From Armatimonadota bacterium (GTDB taxonomy: Bacteria; Armatimonadota; SYMT01), in assembly GCA_046292385.1 (NCBI GenBank), contig JBKBRF010000030.1, positions 12,063 to 76,062 of the forward strand: a stretch of DNA of 64,000 bases, given 5' to 3'. Positions 48,960 to 59,107 of the stretch are shown one piece after another. How positions within the stretch are numbered: position 1 is the first letter of the stretch; the number at the start of each line of letters is the position of its first letter. The position numbers and the translations under genes were made by a program. The notes under the pieces were generated by a model that did no database searches, was not told the DNA's origin, and worked only from the letters and a program-made list of their open reading frames with translations.

Positions 48960-50945
48960 ATGACGACTCGCATCCTCCGCCTGCTTCTGCTCCTGGCGCT
49001 CGTCTGCTGCGGCGGCCTTCGCCCGGCCCACGCGGCCGGCTCGATCCGCGTCACCGTAAGCCCCAACGTGCTGCTGGCGGACGGCATCAGCACTACCACG
49101 GTGACGGCGGAGGTGCGCAACTCCAACGGACGCCCGGCGCGGGACGGCACGGAAGTGCGATTCTACACCACCGCCGGCACCATCACGCAGGTGGCGTTCA
49201 CCTCGGCGGGCGTGGCGCGGGCCACGCTCACCTCCTCCGCGGTGCCGCAGGCGGCGAACATCAGCGTCTCGGCCGGCCTGGACCAGTCCGTCATCACCGT
49301 GCCGATGGTGAGCAAGCTGGTGGAGGCAAACGTCGGCGGGCGCGTGATGCGCATCACCGGCAAGTACGTGGCGTACAGTGAGGACAAGCGCTACATCCAG
49401 GCGGACGACCAGGTGCGGGTGAAGTACCGCGGCGTCACGCTGGAAGCGAACTCGGTCCAGATCGACCTCAACCAGGACACCGTGAAGGCCCTGGGGAAGA
49501 TCCAGATCGCCAGCGACGACAAAACGATGGTCGGCGAGCGGCTCTGGTGGAATCTCAAGACGTTCGAAGGCTACATCCTGGCGGTGGGGGACCGGCAGTG
49601 GTTCAGCGCCTACGGCCTGACCGAGCTGCCGGAGCGTCCGAAGGAGATGAACCCGGACTTCGACCTGGTCGACATCTCCGACAGCAAGCTGGTCTGGGTC
49701 GCCGATCAGGCGAACTACGTGGTGGGCGAGCGAGTGCAGGTACAGGGCGCTCGCGCCTACGTAGGCGGCATCAAGAGCATCCGCATGCCGTTCCACCAGT
49801 CGCACCTGAACGGCGGCGGCTCCTTCGGCACGGGCACCGACCAGTACGTCGGCCTCGGCACCGAGGGCCTGTCGCTGAACATCCCGCTCTACGTGCGGAT
49901 GACCCCCGGCTCCAGCACGGCGTTCAACGTCGGCTACGGCTCCCGCGGCGGGGTCGGCTACTTCAACCGGAACAACGGGCTCAACATCGACCTCGTCCAG
50001 CGCTACGGCTTCTCCGGCGCCAGCGAGGGCGAGGCGGCGCTCACCAACATCAACTCGCTCGACCGGTGGGGCTTCCAGTGGAACCACATGCACCAGGTCA
50101 CCAAGAGCACCCGCCTGGTGACCAACCTGCAGTTCCCGTCCCACCGCGACCTCTATGCCCAGGCGAACCTGACCCAGGGCCTGCCGATCGGCACGCTGCA
50201 GCTCGCCGTCTCCGGCCAGAAGCCCCAGCGGGCCGGCTTCTCCAAGACCTACCAGATCGGCTTCGAGTCGAAGCCGAAGCCGCTGCTGGACGGCAAAGTG
50301 GGCGTCTCGTTCGAGGCCAGCGCGTTCGGGCAGGACAAGCAGGATGTGCGGCTCGGCGCCAACCTCAGCCCGGCAGCGCGGCGCGCCTTCCGCGGCAACC
50401 GGATCGCGGTGCCGGCCAGGCAGTACCAGAGCTTCGGCATCCGGGCGCGTCCGGCGTCGCTCTCGCTGGGCAGCGGTCTCACCCTCGACTCCAGCGTCTC
50501 CCTGCGAGCGGTCACCGGCACCATCGGCAGCAGCTTCGGCCCCTCGTTCGAGACGACGGTCCGCAAGCAGCTCGGCAACAACGGCTTCATCCAGGCCGGC
50601 CTGCGCTACAACAACTTGACCACGATCTCGGACGTGATCCCGAACCAGGGGAAGCTCGGCGCCACCTTCAACGCGATGGTGCCGGTCGGCAGCCGCTTCA
50701 AGCTGAGCGCCTTCGGCACGATGGCGCTCGACGCCACCAACCACCACAGCCTCCTCCAGGCGAGCTACCAGCTCTCCGACAAGTGGCGCCTCGACTTCCT
50801 CCACTCGCTTTTCCAATTCGGCGAGTTCGGCAACTTCGACTACCAGCTCGGCATCGCGAGAATGCTCGGCGACCGGGAGCTCGGCCTCTACTGGAGCCAC
50901 CGGGAGCACCGGGTGCTGGTAGAGTTCGGCGCCGCACGATTCTAG
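48960..50945 (+). CDS. Secreted Ig-like (invasin/Big_1) domain protein fused to an LptD/OstA-like outer-membrane domain
   Basis: Signal peptide, LLADGISTTTVTAEVRNSNGRPARDGTEVRF Big_1-like segment, OstA-like beta-jellyroll, amphipathic beta strands and a terminal Phe. Confidence 0.65.
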   Translation: MTTRILRLLLLLALVCCGGLRPAHAAGSIRVTVSPNVLLADGISTTTVTAEVRNSNGRPARDGTEVRFYTTAGTITQVAFTSAGVARATLTSSAVPQAANISVSAGLDQSVITVPMVSKLVEANVGGRVMRITGKYVAYSEDKRYIQADDQVRVKYRGVTLEANSVQIDLNQDTVKALGKIQIASDDKTMVGERLWWNLKTFEGYILAVGDRQWFSAYGLTELPERPKEMNPDFDLVDISDSKLVWVADQANYVVGERVQVQGARAYVGGIKSIRMPFHQSHLNGGGSFGTGTDQYVGLGTEGLSLNIPLYVRMTPGSSTAFNVGYGSRGGVGYFNRNNGLNIDLVQRYGFSGASEGEAALTNINSLDRWGFQWNHMHQVTKSTRLVTNLQFPSHRDLYAQANLTQGLPIGTLQLAVSGQKPQRAGFSKTYQIGFESKPKPLLDGKVGVSFEASAFGQDKQDVRLGANLSPAARRAFRGNRIAVPARQYQSFGIRARPASLSLGSGLTLDSSVSLRAVTGTIGSSFGPSFETTVRKQLGNNGFIQAGLRYNNLTTISDVIPNQGKLGATFNAMVPVGSRFKLSAFGTMALDATNHHSLLQASYQLSDKWRLDFLHSLFQFGEFGNFDYQLGIARMLGDRELGLYWSHREHRVLVEFGAARF

Positions 50946-51121
50946 GGTGTAGGGTGTAGCGTTTAGGGTGTAGGTCTGTGGTTGGCGGACTGCGCCATTC
51001 GGGCACGGCTGCTTCTGCACTCGCTTTTGACCGGCACCAGCGGCGGGAATAGAGGCGCATCGGTTGGGGTGAGCCCAGCCAACCGTGCCCCTACACGCTA
51101 CACCCTACACCCTAAACCCTT
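50943..51121. repeat. Heptamer (TAGGGTG / CACCCTA) inverted tandem-repeat element
   Basis: tagggtgtagggtgtagcgtttagggtgtagg ... ccctacacgctacaccctacaccctaaaccct. Confidence 0.88.
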
Positions 51122-51202
51122 CCCCAAGGCTGGTAACCCCGGGCCGCCTCCGCACGTCTAAGTGGGTAGCATCGACGGTACGCCGGCCGGGGAGTGCGTT
51201 CG

Positions 51203-51231
51203 TTGACGCCCCTCAGGGGCCGTCCTATACT
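51203..51231 (+). promoter_or_regulatory. Sigma70-type promoter
   Basis: TTGACG-17 bp-TATACT about 50 bp upstream of the ATG at 51284. Confidence 0.7.
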
Positions 51232-51283
51232 CGGATCAGGCGAGGGTCGGCCCGCCGCTCGGCGCTCCCGGGGAGTCTGCCAC

Positions 51284-52504
51284 ATGTCACTCAACGTCAG
51301 CCAGGACCAGTTGCTCCAGGGCAAGGTCGGCGAGGTCCGCCGCCGCATCCGCCTCCTGCTCGCGCAGCAGTGGCTCTGCGTGGGGCTGGCGGCCGCGATG
51401 GCGGCGAGCCTGCTGCTGGTGGCGCTCACCAAGCTCCAGTGGTGGACCGACGCGATGGACTACATCTGGGCGCTGATCCTCCTCGGCGGGATCGTGGGGT
51501 TCATCGTCGGGTGGTCCCGCAAGATCACCCCGATGGCGGCGGCGCAGATCGCGGACGAGCGCGCCGGCCTGAAGGAGCGGCTCTCCACGGCGGTGGAGCT
51601 CTCGTCCCGCGAGCGCACGGAGCTGACCGACGCGCAGATCCACGACGCCGCGCGCCACGCCGAATCGCTGCGCGCCTCCGAAGTGCTGCCGTGGCGCGCG
51701 CCGAAGCACCTCCGCTGGGTGGCGGCGGCCGGCGCGGTGCTGGCGGCGGTCGTCTTCGTCCCGGATCTGCCGATCTTCCACACCAAGCAGGAGCTGGCGG
51801 ACCGCGAGGCGATGCGGACCGAGGGCGAGCGGATCCAGCAGATCGCGAAGAGCCTGGAGAAGAAGGCCAGGGAGCAGCGCGCGGACGACAAGAACGCCGA
51901 GATCCTGCGCCAGATCAGCCAGAACATGAAGCAGGTGGGGAAAGACGCCGCCAAAAACCGGATCTCCAAGAAGCAGGCTCTCCTGAAGATGGGCGAGCTC
52001 CAGAAGCAGCTCCGCGACGCCGAGGAGAAGCTGGGCGGCGGCAAGCCGGGCCAGAAGTCGATGGACCAGGTAGCGGCGGACCTGCAGGAAGCAGCGAACA
52101 AGGCGGCCGGCTCCGGCGACAAGGAGAAGGCGAAGTCGCTCCAGCAGATGGCGGAGAACCTTTCCAAGCGGGATTTCGACGGGGCGAAGCGCCAGCTCGA
52201 GGAGATGGCGCAGAAGATCCAATCCGGCAAGATGAGCTCCGAGGAAGCCCAGAAGGCGGCGGAGACGCTGGAGCAGATGGCCGCTTCGATGGACAAGTCG
52301 GGCCTGCAGGAAGCGGCCGAGCAGATGCGCGCCGCGGCGGAGCAGCTCAAGAAGGCCTCCGAGCAGGTGAAGCAGCTCGAGCAGCAGATGGCACAGGCGA
52401 AGACCGACGCCGAGCGGCAGCAGATCCAGCAGCAGATGGAGCAGACGATGCAGCAGGCCGCCCAGCAGGCGGCGAGCGACTGCAAACAGGCGGGCGGCAC
52501 ATGA
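51284..52504 (+). CDS. MoxR-associated membrane-anchored coiled-coil protein, N-terminal part (ends at an in-frame UGA that is probably read through to 53083)
   Basis: Three TM segments, AAAQIADERAGLKERLSTAVEL motif and a long Q/E/K/A coiled coil. The frame stays open after UGA 52502-52504. Confidence 0.85.
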   Translation: MSLNVSQDQLLQGKVGEVRRRIRLLLAQQWLCVGLAAAMAASLLLVALTKLQWWTDAMDYIWALILLGGIVGFIVGWSRKITPMAAAQIADERAGLKERLSTAVELSSRERTELTDAQIHDAARHAESLRASEVLPWRAPKHLRWVAAAGAVLAAVVFVPDLPIFHTKQELADREAMRTEGERIQQIAKSLEKKAREQRADDKNAEILRQISQNMKQVGKDAAKNRISKKQALLKMGELQKQLRDAEEKLGGGKPGQKSMDQVAADLQEAANKAAGSGDKEKAKSLQQMAENLSKRDFDGAKRQLEEMAQKIQSGKMSSEEAQKAAETLEQMAASMDKSGLQEAAEQMRAAAEQLKKASEQVKQLEQQMAQAKTDAERQQIQQQMEQTMQQAAQQAASDCKQAGGT

Positions 52505-53083
52505 GCGTCCACCGGTAAAGCCCAGCAGGCTGCTGGGTCCATGCAAGAGCTTTCGAAGTCTCTCCAGTCGGCGCAGAAGTCACTCCAGCAGGCAGGCCTC
52601 CAGTCCGCCAAGAACGGACAGCAAGGCGGACAGCAGGGCCAGGGACAGGGCCAGGGCAAGAACGGCGAGTCCGGCGCCAGCGATGAGGAGTGGGGGAAGG
52701 AATTCCGACCCGGCGGCTCCCAGCAGGCGAAGGGCTCCGCCTCCGGCAGAGGTGGTCAGAAGCCGCAGGGCGGCAAGCAGGGCAGCGGCAGTGGCCAGGG
52801 CATGCAAGGAGCCGGCCGTGGCGCCGGCGGCAGCGCCGGACCGCAGCAGCCGCTCCCCGGCAGCAAGAAGGACAGCCTGATTACCCCGATGGTGAACGAG
52901 AAGGGCGACAAGCTGACCCGCAGCTACATGGGCACCCCCGACCCGACGCAGGACCGCGCCGCCTACTACAGCGTCGTACCGCAGAAGACCCGTGCCGCGG
53001 AAGCCTCGCTGAACCGGGAAGAGATCCCCGCCGGCTACAAGAAGCAGGTGAAAGAGTATTTCGAGTCGATCCAACCGAAGTAG
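52505..53083 (+). CDS. C-terminal part of the same coiled-coil protein (Gly/Gln-rich linker and conserved-looking terminus); ORF track starts it at ATG 52541
   Basis: Same frame as 51284-52504 with no intervening stop. Ends EEIPAGYKKQVKEYFESI. No clear SD before ATG 52541. Confidence 0.75.
   Translation, partial: ASTGKAQQAAGSMQELSKSLQSAQKSLQQAGLQSAKNGQQGGQQGQGQGQGKNGESGASDEEWGKEFRPGGSQQAKGSASGRGGQKPQGGKQGSGSGQGMQGAGRGAGGSAGPQQPLPGSKKDSLITPMVNEKGDKLTRSYMGTPDPTQDRAAYYSVVPQKTRAAEASLNREEIPAGYKKQVKEYFESIQPK
52520..52538 (+). promoter_or_regulatory. Putative bacterial SECIS hairpin
   Basis: GCCCAGCA-GGC-TGCTGGGT 8-bp stem. The G-initiated loop lies 23 nt after the in-frame UGA. Confidence 0.5.
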
Positions 53084-53257
53084 GAAGGGTCTAGGGGGTA
53101 GGGTTTAGGGTGTAGGACTGTGGCGCCGGGTGCGCCATTCGACTGCGGTTGCGCCTGCCCTTATTCTTGCCTCTCGACCACGGCAGTTCAGCTCTCGGTT
53201 TGGATGATCCCCGCCCTCGTATCCCCAAGACCCTGGACCCTAACCCCTAGACCCTAG
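53081..53257. repeat. TAGGGT-family inverted tandem-repeat element
   Basis: agggtctagggggtagggtttagggtgtagg ... accctggaccctaacccctagacccta. Shares internal ctgtgg...tgcgccattcg with 50943-51121. Confidence 0.85.
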
Positions 53258-53273
53258 AAAAGAGCGAAGCGAC

Positions 53274-54299
<1,026 letters not shown>

Positions 54300-54434
54300 T
54301 CTCCGGAATTGCAGGTTGGCAAGTTCCAGGTTGCACGTTGGCCGGAACCGAAAGCGGGGACGCCTCGCACCCGCGCTGGTGCCCACCGGGAATGCAGACG
54401 GGCCTACCCGGGGCCATCAGGCCGGAGGTGGAAG

Positions 54435-54671
54435 GTGGACGTCGAAAAACCATTGCGGGACGAGCTTATCGACCTGATCCGCAAGTACATCAACGACTGC
54501 CATTCGACGGAAGAGCTGGAGCAGACGCTTCATCGCATCGAGCGGCGGGTCGCACATCCGGACGTTGCCGGCGTCATTCACCGACTGTACGAAGAACTCC
54601 CGGCGCGTGCTGCGGATGAGCTTTTGGCCTCCAAAGCAACTGCGTTACCTCCGCCGACAGCAAGTCCCTAG
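54435..54671 (+). CDS. Small colicin/pyocin-immunity (Im7/Im9-like) protein
   Basis: RDELIDLIRK...EELEQ.L..IERRVAHPDV..I...A.DE.LA.K..AL pattern. GTG start after GGAGG. Confidence 0.55.
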   Translation: MDVEKPLRDELIDLIRKYINDCHSTEELEQTLHRIERRVAHPDVAGVIHRLYEELPARAADELLASKATALPPPTASP

Positions 54672-54695
54672 ATCGTAATCCCTAGACCCCAGAAA

Positions 54696-55943
54696 ATGTC
54701 CGCCACGTCCGCCGCAATCCGGCCTTCCGGGGAGCCTACCGGGGCACCGCTGCGCCGCGGACGCGCCGAGTCGGCACCGATCGCTACGTACCTGCTGATC
54801 GCGGCGCAGATCGCGGCCTGGTTCGTGGTGCGGCGGTTCCTGCTCACGGGGGGCGCCTGGACCAGCTTCGCGCTCATTCCCGGCGCGCCGAGCGAACTGG
54901 GGCTGATTGTCTCCCCGTTCGTGCACCTCGACCCGACCCACCTGGGGCTCAACCTGGCGGTGCTCTGGCTGTTCGGCACTAACCTGGAGCGGGCGCTCGG
55001 CTCGCTCCACTTCCTGTTCCTCTACCTGGGCGCGGCTTGGTTCGCCTCGCTGATGCAGTGGGCGGTGGGGACGAGCTTCCACCTCACGCAGGACCTCGCC
55101 GTGCACCCGGCGGCGGTCGGCGCTTCCGGCGCGATCGCCGGCATTCTCGGCGCCAGCCTGGTCCGTTTTCCGCTGGTGCGTCTCCGCTTCCCGCTCGTGA
55201 GCGGCGCCACCTTCTCCAGCGCGCCGATCCTGGTGCTCTGGTTCGTCTACACGCTCATCCGCGCGCTGGTGACCACCGTCTCCGGCTCAAGCTCCGGGGT
55301 GGGGCACTGGGCGCACCTCTCCGGCTTCATCTTCGGGCTCGGCATGGCGCAGATCGCGGGGCTGCACCACGTCGCCCGGGAGGAGTTCCTGGAGCGCGCC
55401 GCCGAGGAGGCGACCCAGCGCCGCGATTCCCGCGCCGCGGCGCTCGCCTGGGCCGCGCTGCTGACCTACCGGCCCCGCGACCTGGCGGCCCGCCGCGCGC
55501 TCATCGCCGCGCGCCTGGAGCTGGATGACGACCCCGGCGCCCGCCGGCTGGCGCGGCAGGGATTGGAGCTGCTGGTCCGCGCGGGCGACCGCGAGGCCGC
55601 CTGCGCCGCCCTGGCGGAGTACACGGCGCTGCTGCCCGACCTCGACCTACCCCCCGGCCTGCGGTACCGGATCGGGTGCTGGCTGGCGGAGGCGGGCGAC
55701 CTGGATGAGTCATACCGCGTGCTCTGGGACAGCGTGCGCGACGAGGGGCAGGCCGCCGCTGCCCCGGCCGCGCTGCACCGCGCCGCCCTGATCGCGTGGG
55801 AGCGCCTCCACAGCCCGGAGCGCGCCCGGGCCGCGTGGCTGCGGCTGGTGGAGCAGTATCCCCAATCGCCCTGGACCCACGCCGCGCGAGAGCGCCTGGC
55901 GCTCCTCGGCGACAGCCCCCCGAGCCGCGAGCAGGCCGATTGA
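54696..55943 (+). CDS. Rhomboid family intramembrane serine protease with TPR-like C-terminus
   Basis: FVH...HL..N...LWLFG..LE, catalytic GASG and WAHLSG, followed by a helical TPR-like tail ending LVEQYPQSPW. Confidence 0.9.
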   Translation: MSATSAAIRPSGEPTGAPLRRGRAESAPIATYLLIAAQIAAWFVVRRFLLTGGAWTSFALIPGAPSELGLIVSPFVHLDPTHLGLNLAVLWLFGTNLERALGSLHFLFLYLGAAWFASLMQWAVGTSFHLTQDLAVHPAAVGASGAIAGILGASLVRFPLVRLRFPLVSGATFSSAPILVLWFVYTLIRALVTTVSGSSSGVGHWAHLSGFIFGLGMAQIAGLHHVAREEFLERAAEEATQRRDSRAAALAWAALLTYRPRDLAARRALIAARLELDDDPGARRLARQGLELLVRAGDREAACAALAEYTALLPDLDLPPGLRYRIGCWLAEAGDLDESYRVLWDSVRDEGQAAAAPAALHRAALIAWERLHSPERARAAWLRLVEQYPQSPWTHAARERLALLGDSPPSREQAD

Positions 55944-55968
55944 CTCCGGCACGGCGGAATCGTACCAT
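55940..55968 (+). promoter_or_regulatory. Sigma70-type promoter of rnpB
   Basis: TTGACT-17 bp-TACCAT immediately before the RNase P RNA. Confidence 0.75.
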
Positions 55969-55972
55969 GAGC

Positions 55973-56347
<375 letters not shown>

Positions 56348-56430
56348 TCTTTGCGGAGGCGTTCACCACCTCCCGGCCGTGAGTGGGAGCGAGGGCGAGT
56401 GGGGGAGTGGGAGAGCCACTCTCCGGTGTT

Positions 56431-56514
56431 TCAAGTTAACAGGTTGGCAGGTTACAGGTTCGCTGCACTACGCAGTTCCGAACCCGCAACCTGGAACTTG
56501 CTAACCTGCTAACC
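56431..56514. repeat. Heptamer CAGGTTG-family inverted tandem-repeat element
   Basis: caagttaacaggttggcaggttacaggtt ... aacccgcaacctggaacttgctaacctgctaacc. Confidence 0.85.
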
Positions 56515-56586
56515 AGGGTTCGGGGAAGGAACCAGCGGGGCGGCGCGCGAACTGGCGCGCGGATTCACTCGCCCGGAGCCGCTCTC

Positions 56587-57810
56587 ATGCCTCGACGCCA
56601 CTTTTCCCCCCGCCTGTCGCTGCTCGTCCTCGCCGCGGGGCTCGCGCTGGTCAGTCCTGCCGCGGGCCAGAACCCGGAGCGGCTCAATCTCTCCGAGATC
56701 AGCGCACAGCTGGAGAAGGGTGCCGAGGGCGACGCCGGCCGGGCGCTCGCCGCGCGGCTGCGCGAAGGGTTCGGCGCGGAGGCGCTGCGCGACGGAACCG
56801 CCGCCCGGCTGGAGGGAACGCGCGTCCTCTGGGCCGTGGAGAGCCCGGACGCGCGGCCCAGCGTGGTGCCGGTCGGCAACATCCGAGCGTGGCAGCTCAC
56901 CCGGCTGGCCGACACCGACGTCTACGCCGCCGTCGCCAACCTCCCGAACTTCCACGTCACCGCGTTCCAGTACCAGGTGAACGGCCGCCGCTTCGGGGGC
57001 CGCGCGCTCCAGGTGGAGCACTTCGCGCCGCACCCGGACACGGTGGAGCGGCAGGGGGTTTCGAAGGGTAAGGTGACGAAGCACGAGTGGCGGAGCCGGG
57101 TCTTCGATGGAACGATCCGCGACTACTGGGTCTACGTGCCGGTGCAGTACCGGGACGAGCAGCCGGCGGCGGTGATGGTGTTCCAGGACGGCGAGAGCTA
57201 CCTGCGGCAGGCGAAGATGGCGACCGTCTTCGACAACCTGATCGCCCGCGGCGACCTGCCGCCGACCATCGGCATCTTCATCAACCCTGGTCGCTTCGAG
57301 AACGGGCGCTCGAACCGCAGCTTCGAGTACGACACCCTCTCCGACCAGTACGCCCGCTTCATCCGGGACGAGATCCTGCCGGAGGTCGGCAAGAGCTACC
57401 GCCTCACCACCGACCCGGAGCGCCGCGCCATCTGCGGCATTTCCTCCGGCGCGATCTGCGCGTGGACGGTCGCCTGGCAGATGCCGGACCAGTTCCGAAA
57501 GGTCATCTCCCACGTGGGGAGCTACGTCAACATCGCCGCCGGCCCCACGCTGCGAGAGGGCGGGCACAACTACGCCGCGCTCATCCGCAAGACCCCGAAG
57601 AAGCCGATCCGCGTCTGGCTCCAGGACGGAGCGAACGACCTGAACAACGAGCACGGCAACTGGCCGCTGGCGAACCAGGAGATGGCCTCTTCCCTCGACT
57701 TCGCCGGGTACGACTACTACTTCGACTACGGCAAGGGATTCCACAGCCTGAACCACGGCGCCGCCACCCTGCCGGAGTCGCTCCGGTGGCTCTTCCGGGA
57801 CGTGCGGTGA
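56587..57810 (+). CDS. Secreted enterochelin-esterase-like (Fes-type) alpha/beta hydrolase
   Basis: Signal peptide, RDYWVYVP, VMVFQDG, NRSFEYD, GISSGA elbow and LRWLFR. Confidence 0.88.
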   Translation: MPRRHFSPRLSLLVLAAGLALVSPAAGQNPERLNLSEISAQLEKGAEGDAGRALAARLREGFGAEALRDGTAARLEGTRVLWAVESPDARPSVVPVGNIRAWQLTRLADTDVYAAVANLPNFHVTAFQYQVNGRRFGGRALQVEHFAPHPDTVERQGVSKGKVTKHEWRSRVFDGTIRDYWVYVPVQYRDEQPAAVMVFQDGESYLRQAKMATVFDNLIARGDLPPTIGIFINPGRFENGRSNRSFEYDTLSDQYARFIRDEILPEVGKSYRLTTDPERRAICGISSGAICAWTVAWQMPDQFRKVISHVGSYVNIAAGPTLREGGHNYAALIRKTPKKPIRVWLQDGANDLNNEHGNWPLANQEMASSLDFAGYDYYFDYGKGFHSLNHGAATLPESLRWLFRDVR

Positions 57811-57841
57811 GCCGCCTTACGCGCTGCCGGGAGCCCCGCGC

Positions 57842-58921
57842 GTGACGCCGCTGGAAGAGCTGGAAGCAAAGCTCGCCCGCATCCGCGCGCTGCTGGAGCG
57901 GCGGGGTAAGTCTGGAGTGCTCCTCAGTAGCTTCGGACCTGTGTCGTGGTTGATGCCGGAGCGTCCGACCAGCCTCAGCATTCTCGTCACCCGCGAAGCG
58001 CACATCTTGATCTTGCAGGGCAGCAGTGCGACCCTGCCCGACGGTGAGCTCTACGAGCAGGCGGGCTTCTCGATTGCGGCTCTCCCCTGGTGGGACCTGC
58101 GGAGCCTTGCACCGGAGGTCCTCCACGTTATTCCACCCGATCAGCTCCTCTCCGATCAGTTCATCCCTGGCGCGCAGCCACTGCTTCGCGAGGACGCGCT
58201 GGCCCTGCGCACGCCGCTGCTCTCGTCGGAAGTGGAGCGTTTCCGGCAGGTGGGGGAAACGCTGGGAGTGGCGCTCACCCACGTGATGCTCCACTGCCGC
58301 CCCGGGCTCACCGAGCACCAGCTCGCCGGAATGCTGGCCGGCACCCTGACCGACATGGGGATGAGCGGGATCAATCCTGCCGCAGCGGCCGACGACCGGA
58401 CGTTGGACTGGGCCGAGCCGGTGCCGACCGGCCGCCGGATGGAGCGCTACGCCGTAGTCTCCGTGGCGGCCGCACAGCACGGGATGTACGTCTCCGCGAC
58501 CCGGAGCGTCCACTTCGGGGCACCACCCGAGGAGCTTCTGCAGCGCCACCATGCCTGCGCCGGTATCGACGCCGCCCTGATCGCCGCTACCCGCCCGGGA
58601 AGACCCCTGGGCGAGCTTCTGGAGACGGGCATCCACGCCTACGCGGCGGCCGGTGCCCCCGATGGCTGGCAGCGGTACCCTTTCGGCCACGCCATCGGCT
58701 ATGAGTTGATCGACGCGCTGGTCGGTCCGGAAGAAGTGACGGCAGTCGGCCCGCCACAGGCGTTCGCCTGGAGTCCTACGCTTCCCGGCGTCCGCTCCCA
58801 TGACACCATGCTCGTCACCGAGACCGGCCACGAGATCCTCACCCGTACCCCGGACCTGCCCACGCTGACGATCGAGACACCCGCCGGCCCGATCGAGCGC
58901 CCCGCGATCCTCGTGCGGTAA
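57842..58921 (+). CDS. M24 (Xaa-Pro peptidase/creatinase) family protein
   Basis: Creatinase-like N-terminus, RPGLTE, SATRSVHFG, GHAIGY and DTMLVTETGHEILT. Confidence 0.8.
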   Translation: MTPLEELEAKLARIRALLERRGKSGVLLSSFGPVSWLMPERPTSLSILVTREAHILILQGSSATLPDGELYEQAGFSIAALPWWDLRSLAPEVLHVIPPDQLLSDQFIPGAQPLLREDALALRTPLLSSEVERFRQVGETLGVALTHVMLHCRPGLTEHQLAGMLAGTLTDMGMSGINPAAAADDRTLDWAEPVPTGRRMERYAVVSVAAAQHGMYVSATRSVHFGAPPEELLQRHHACAGIDAALIAATRPGRPLGELLETGIHAYAAAGAPDGWQRYPFGHAIGYELIDALVGPEEVTAVGPPQAFAWSPTLPGVRSHDTMLVTETGHEILTRTPDLPTLTIETPAGPIERPAILVR

Positions 58922-58958
58922 AGCATTGTGAACGTGGGCTCAGCGGCTGCCGTTCGCC

Positions 58959-59011
58959 CGCGCGCGAGTAAACTCGGCGCTACATAGAGCGAAGCCCGCC
59001 TGCGCGGGCTG
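58959..59011 (-). repeat. GTAG-type REP-like palindrome between convergent genes
   Basis: The minus strand reads AGCCCGCGCAGGCGGGCTTCG...GTAGCGCCGAGTTTACTCGCGC: two hairpins with a GTAG foot. Confidence 0.6.
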
Positions 59012-59107
59012 GGAAACCCCTCTCGCGGGTAGCTGCCGCGCAAGTCCAGTCCGGTTCCCTTCGCGGTCTTCACGAGACTTCGCGCCTTCGCGTCAGTTCG
59101 GAAAGGC

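Noticed and set aside
52501..52518. Frameshift or ATG restart at 52501 (MSVHR*) explaining the split coiled-coil gene
   Set aside because: That frame stops after five codons, while the original frame continues uninterrupted after the TGA, so no frameshift is needed.
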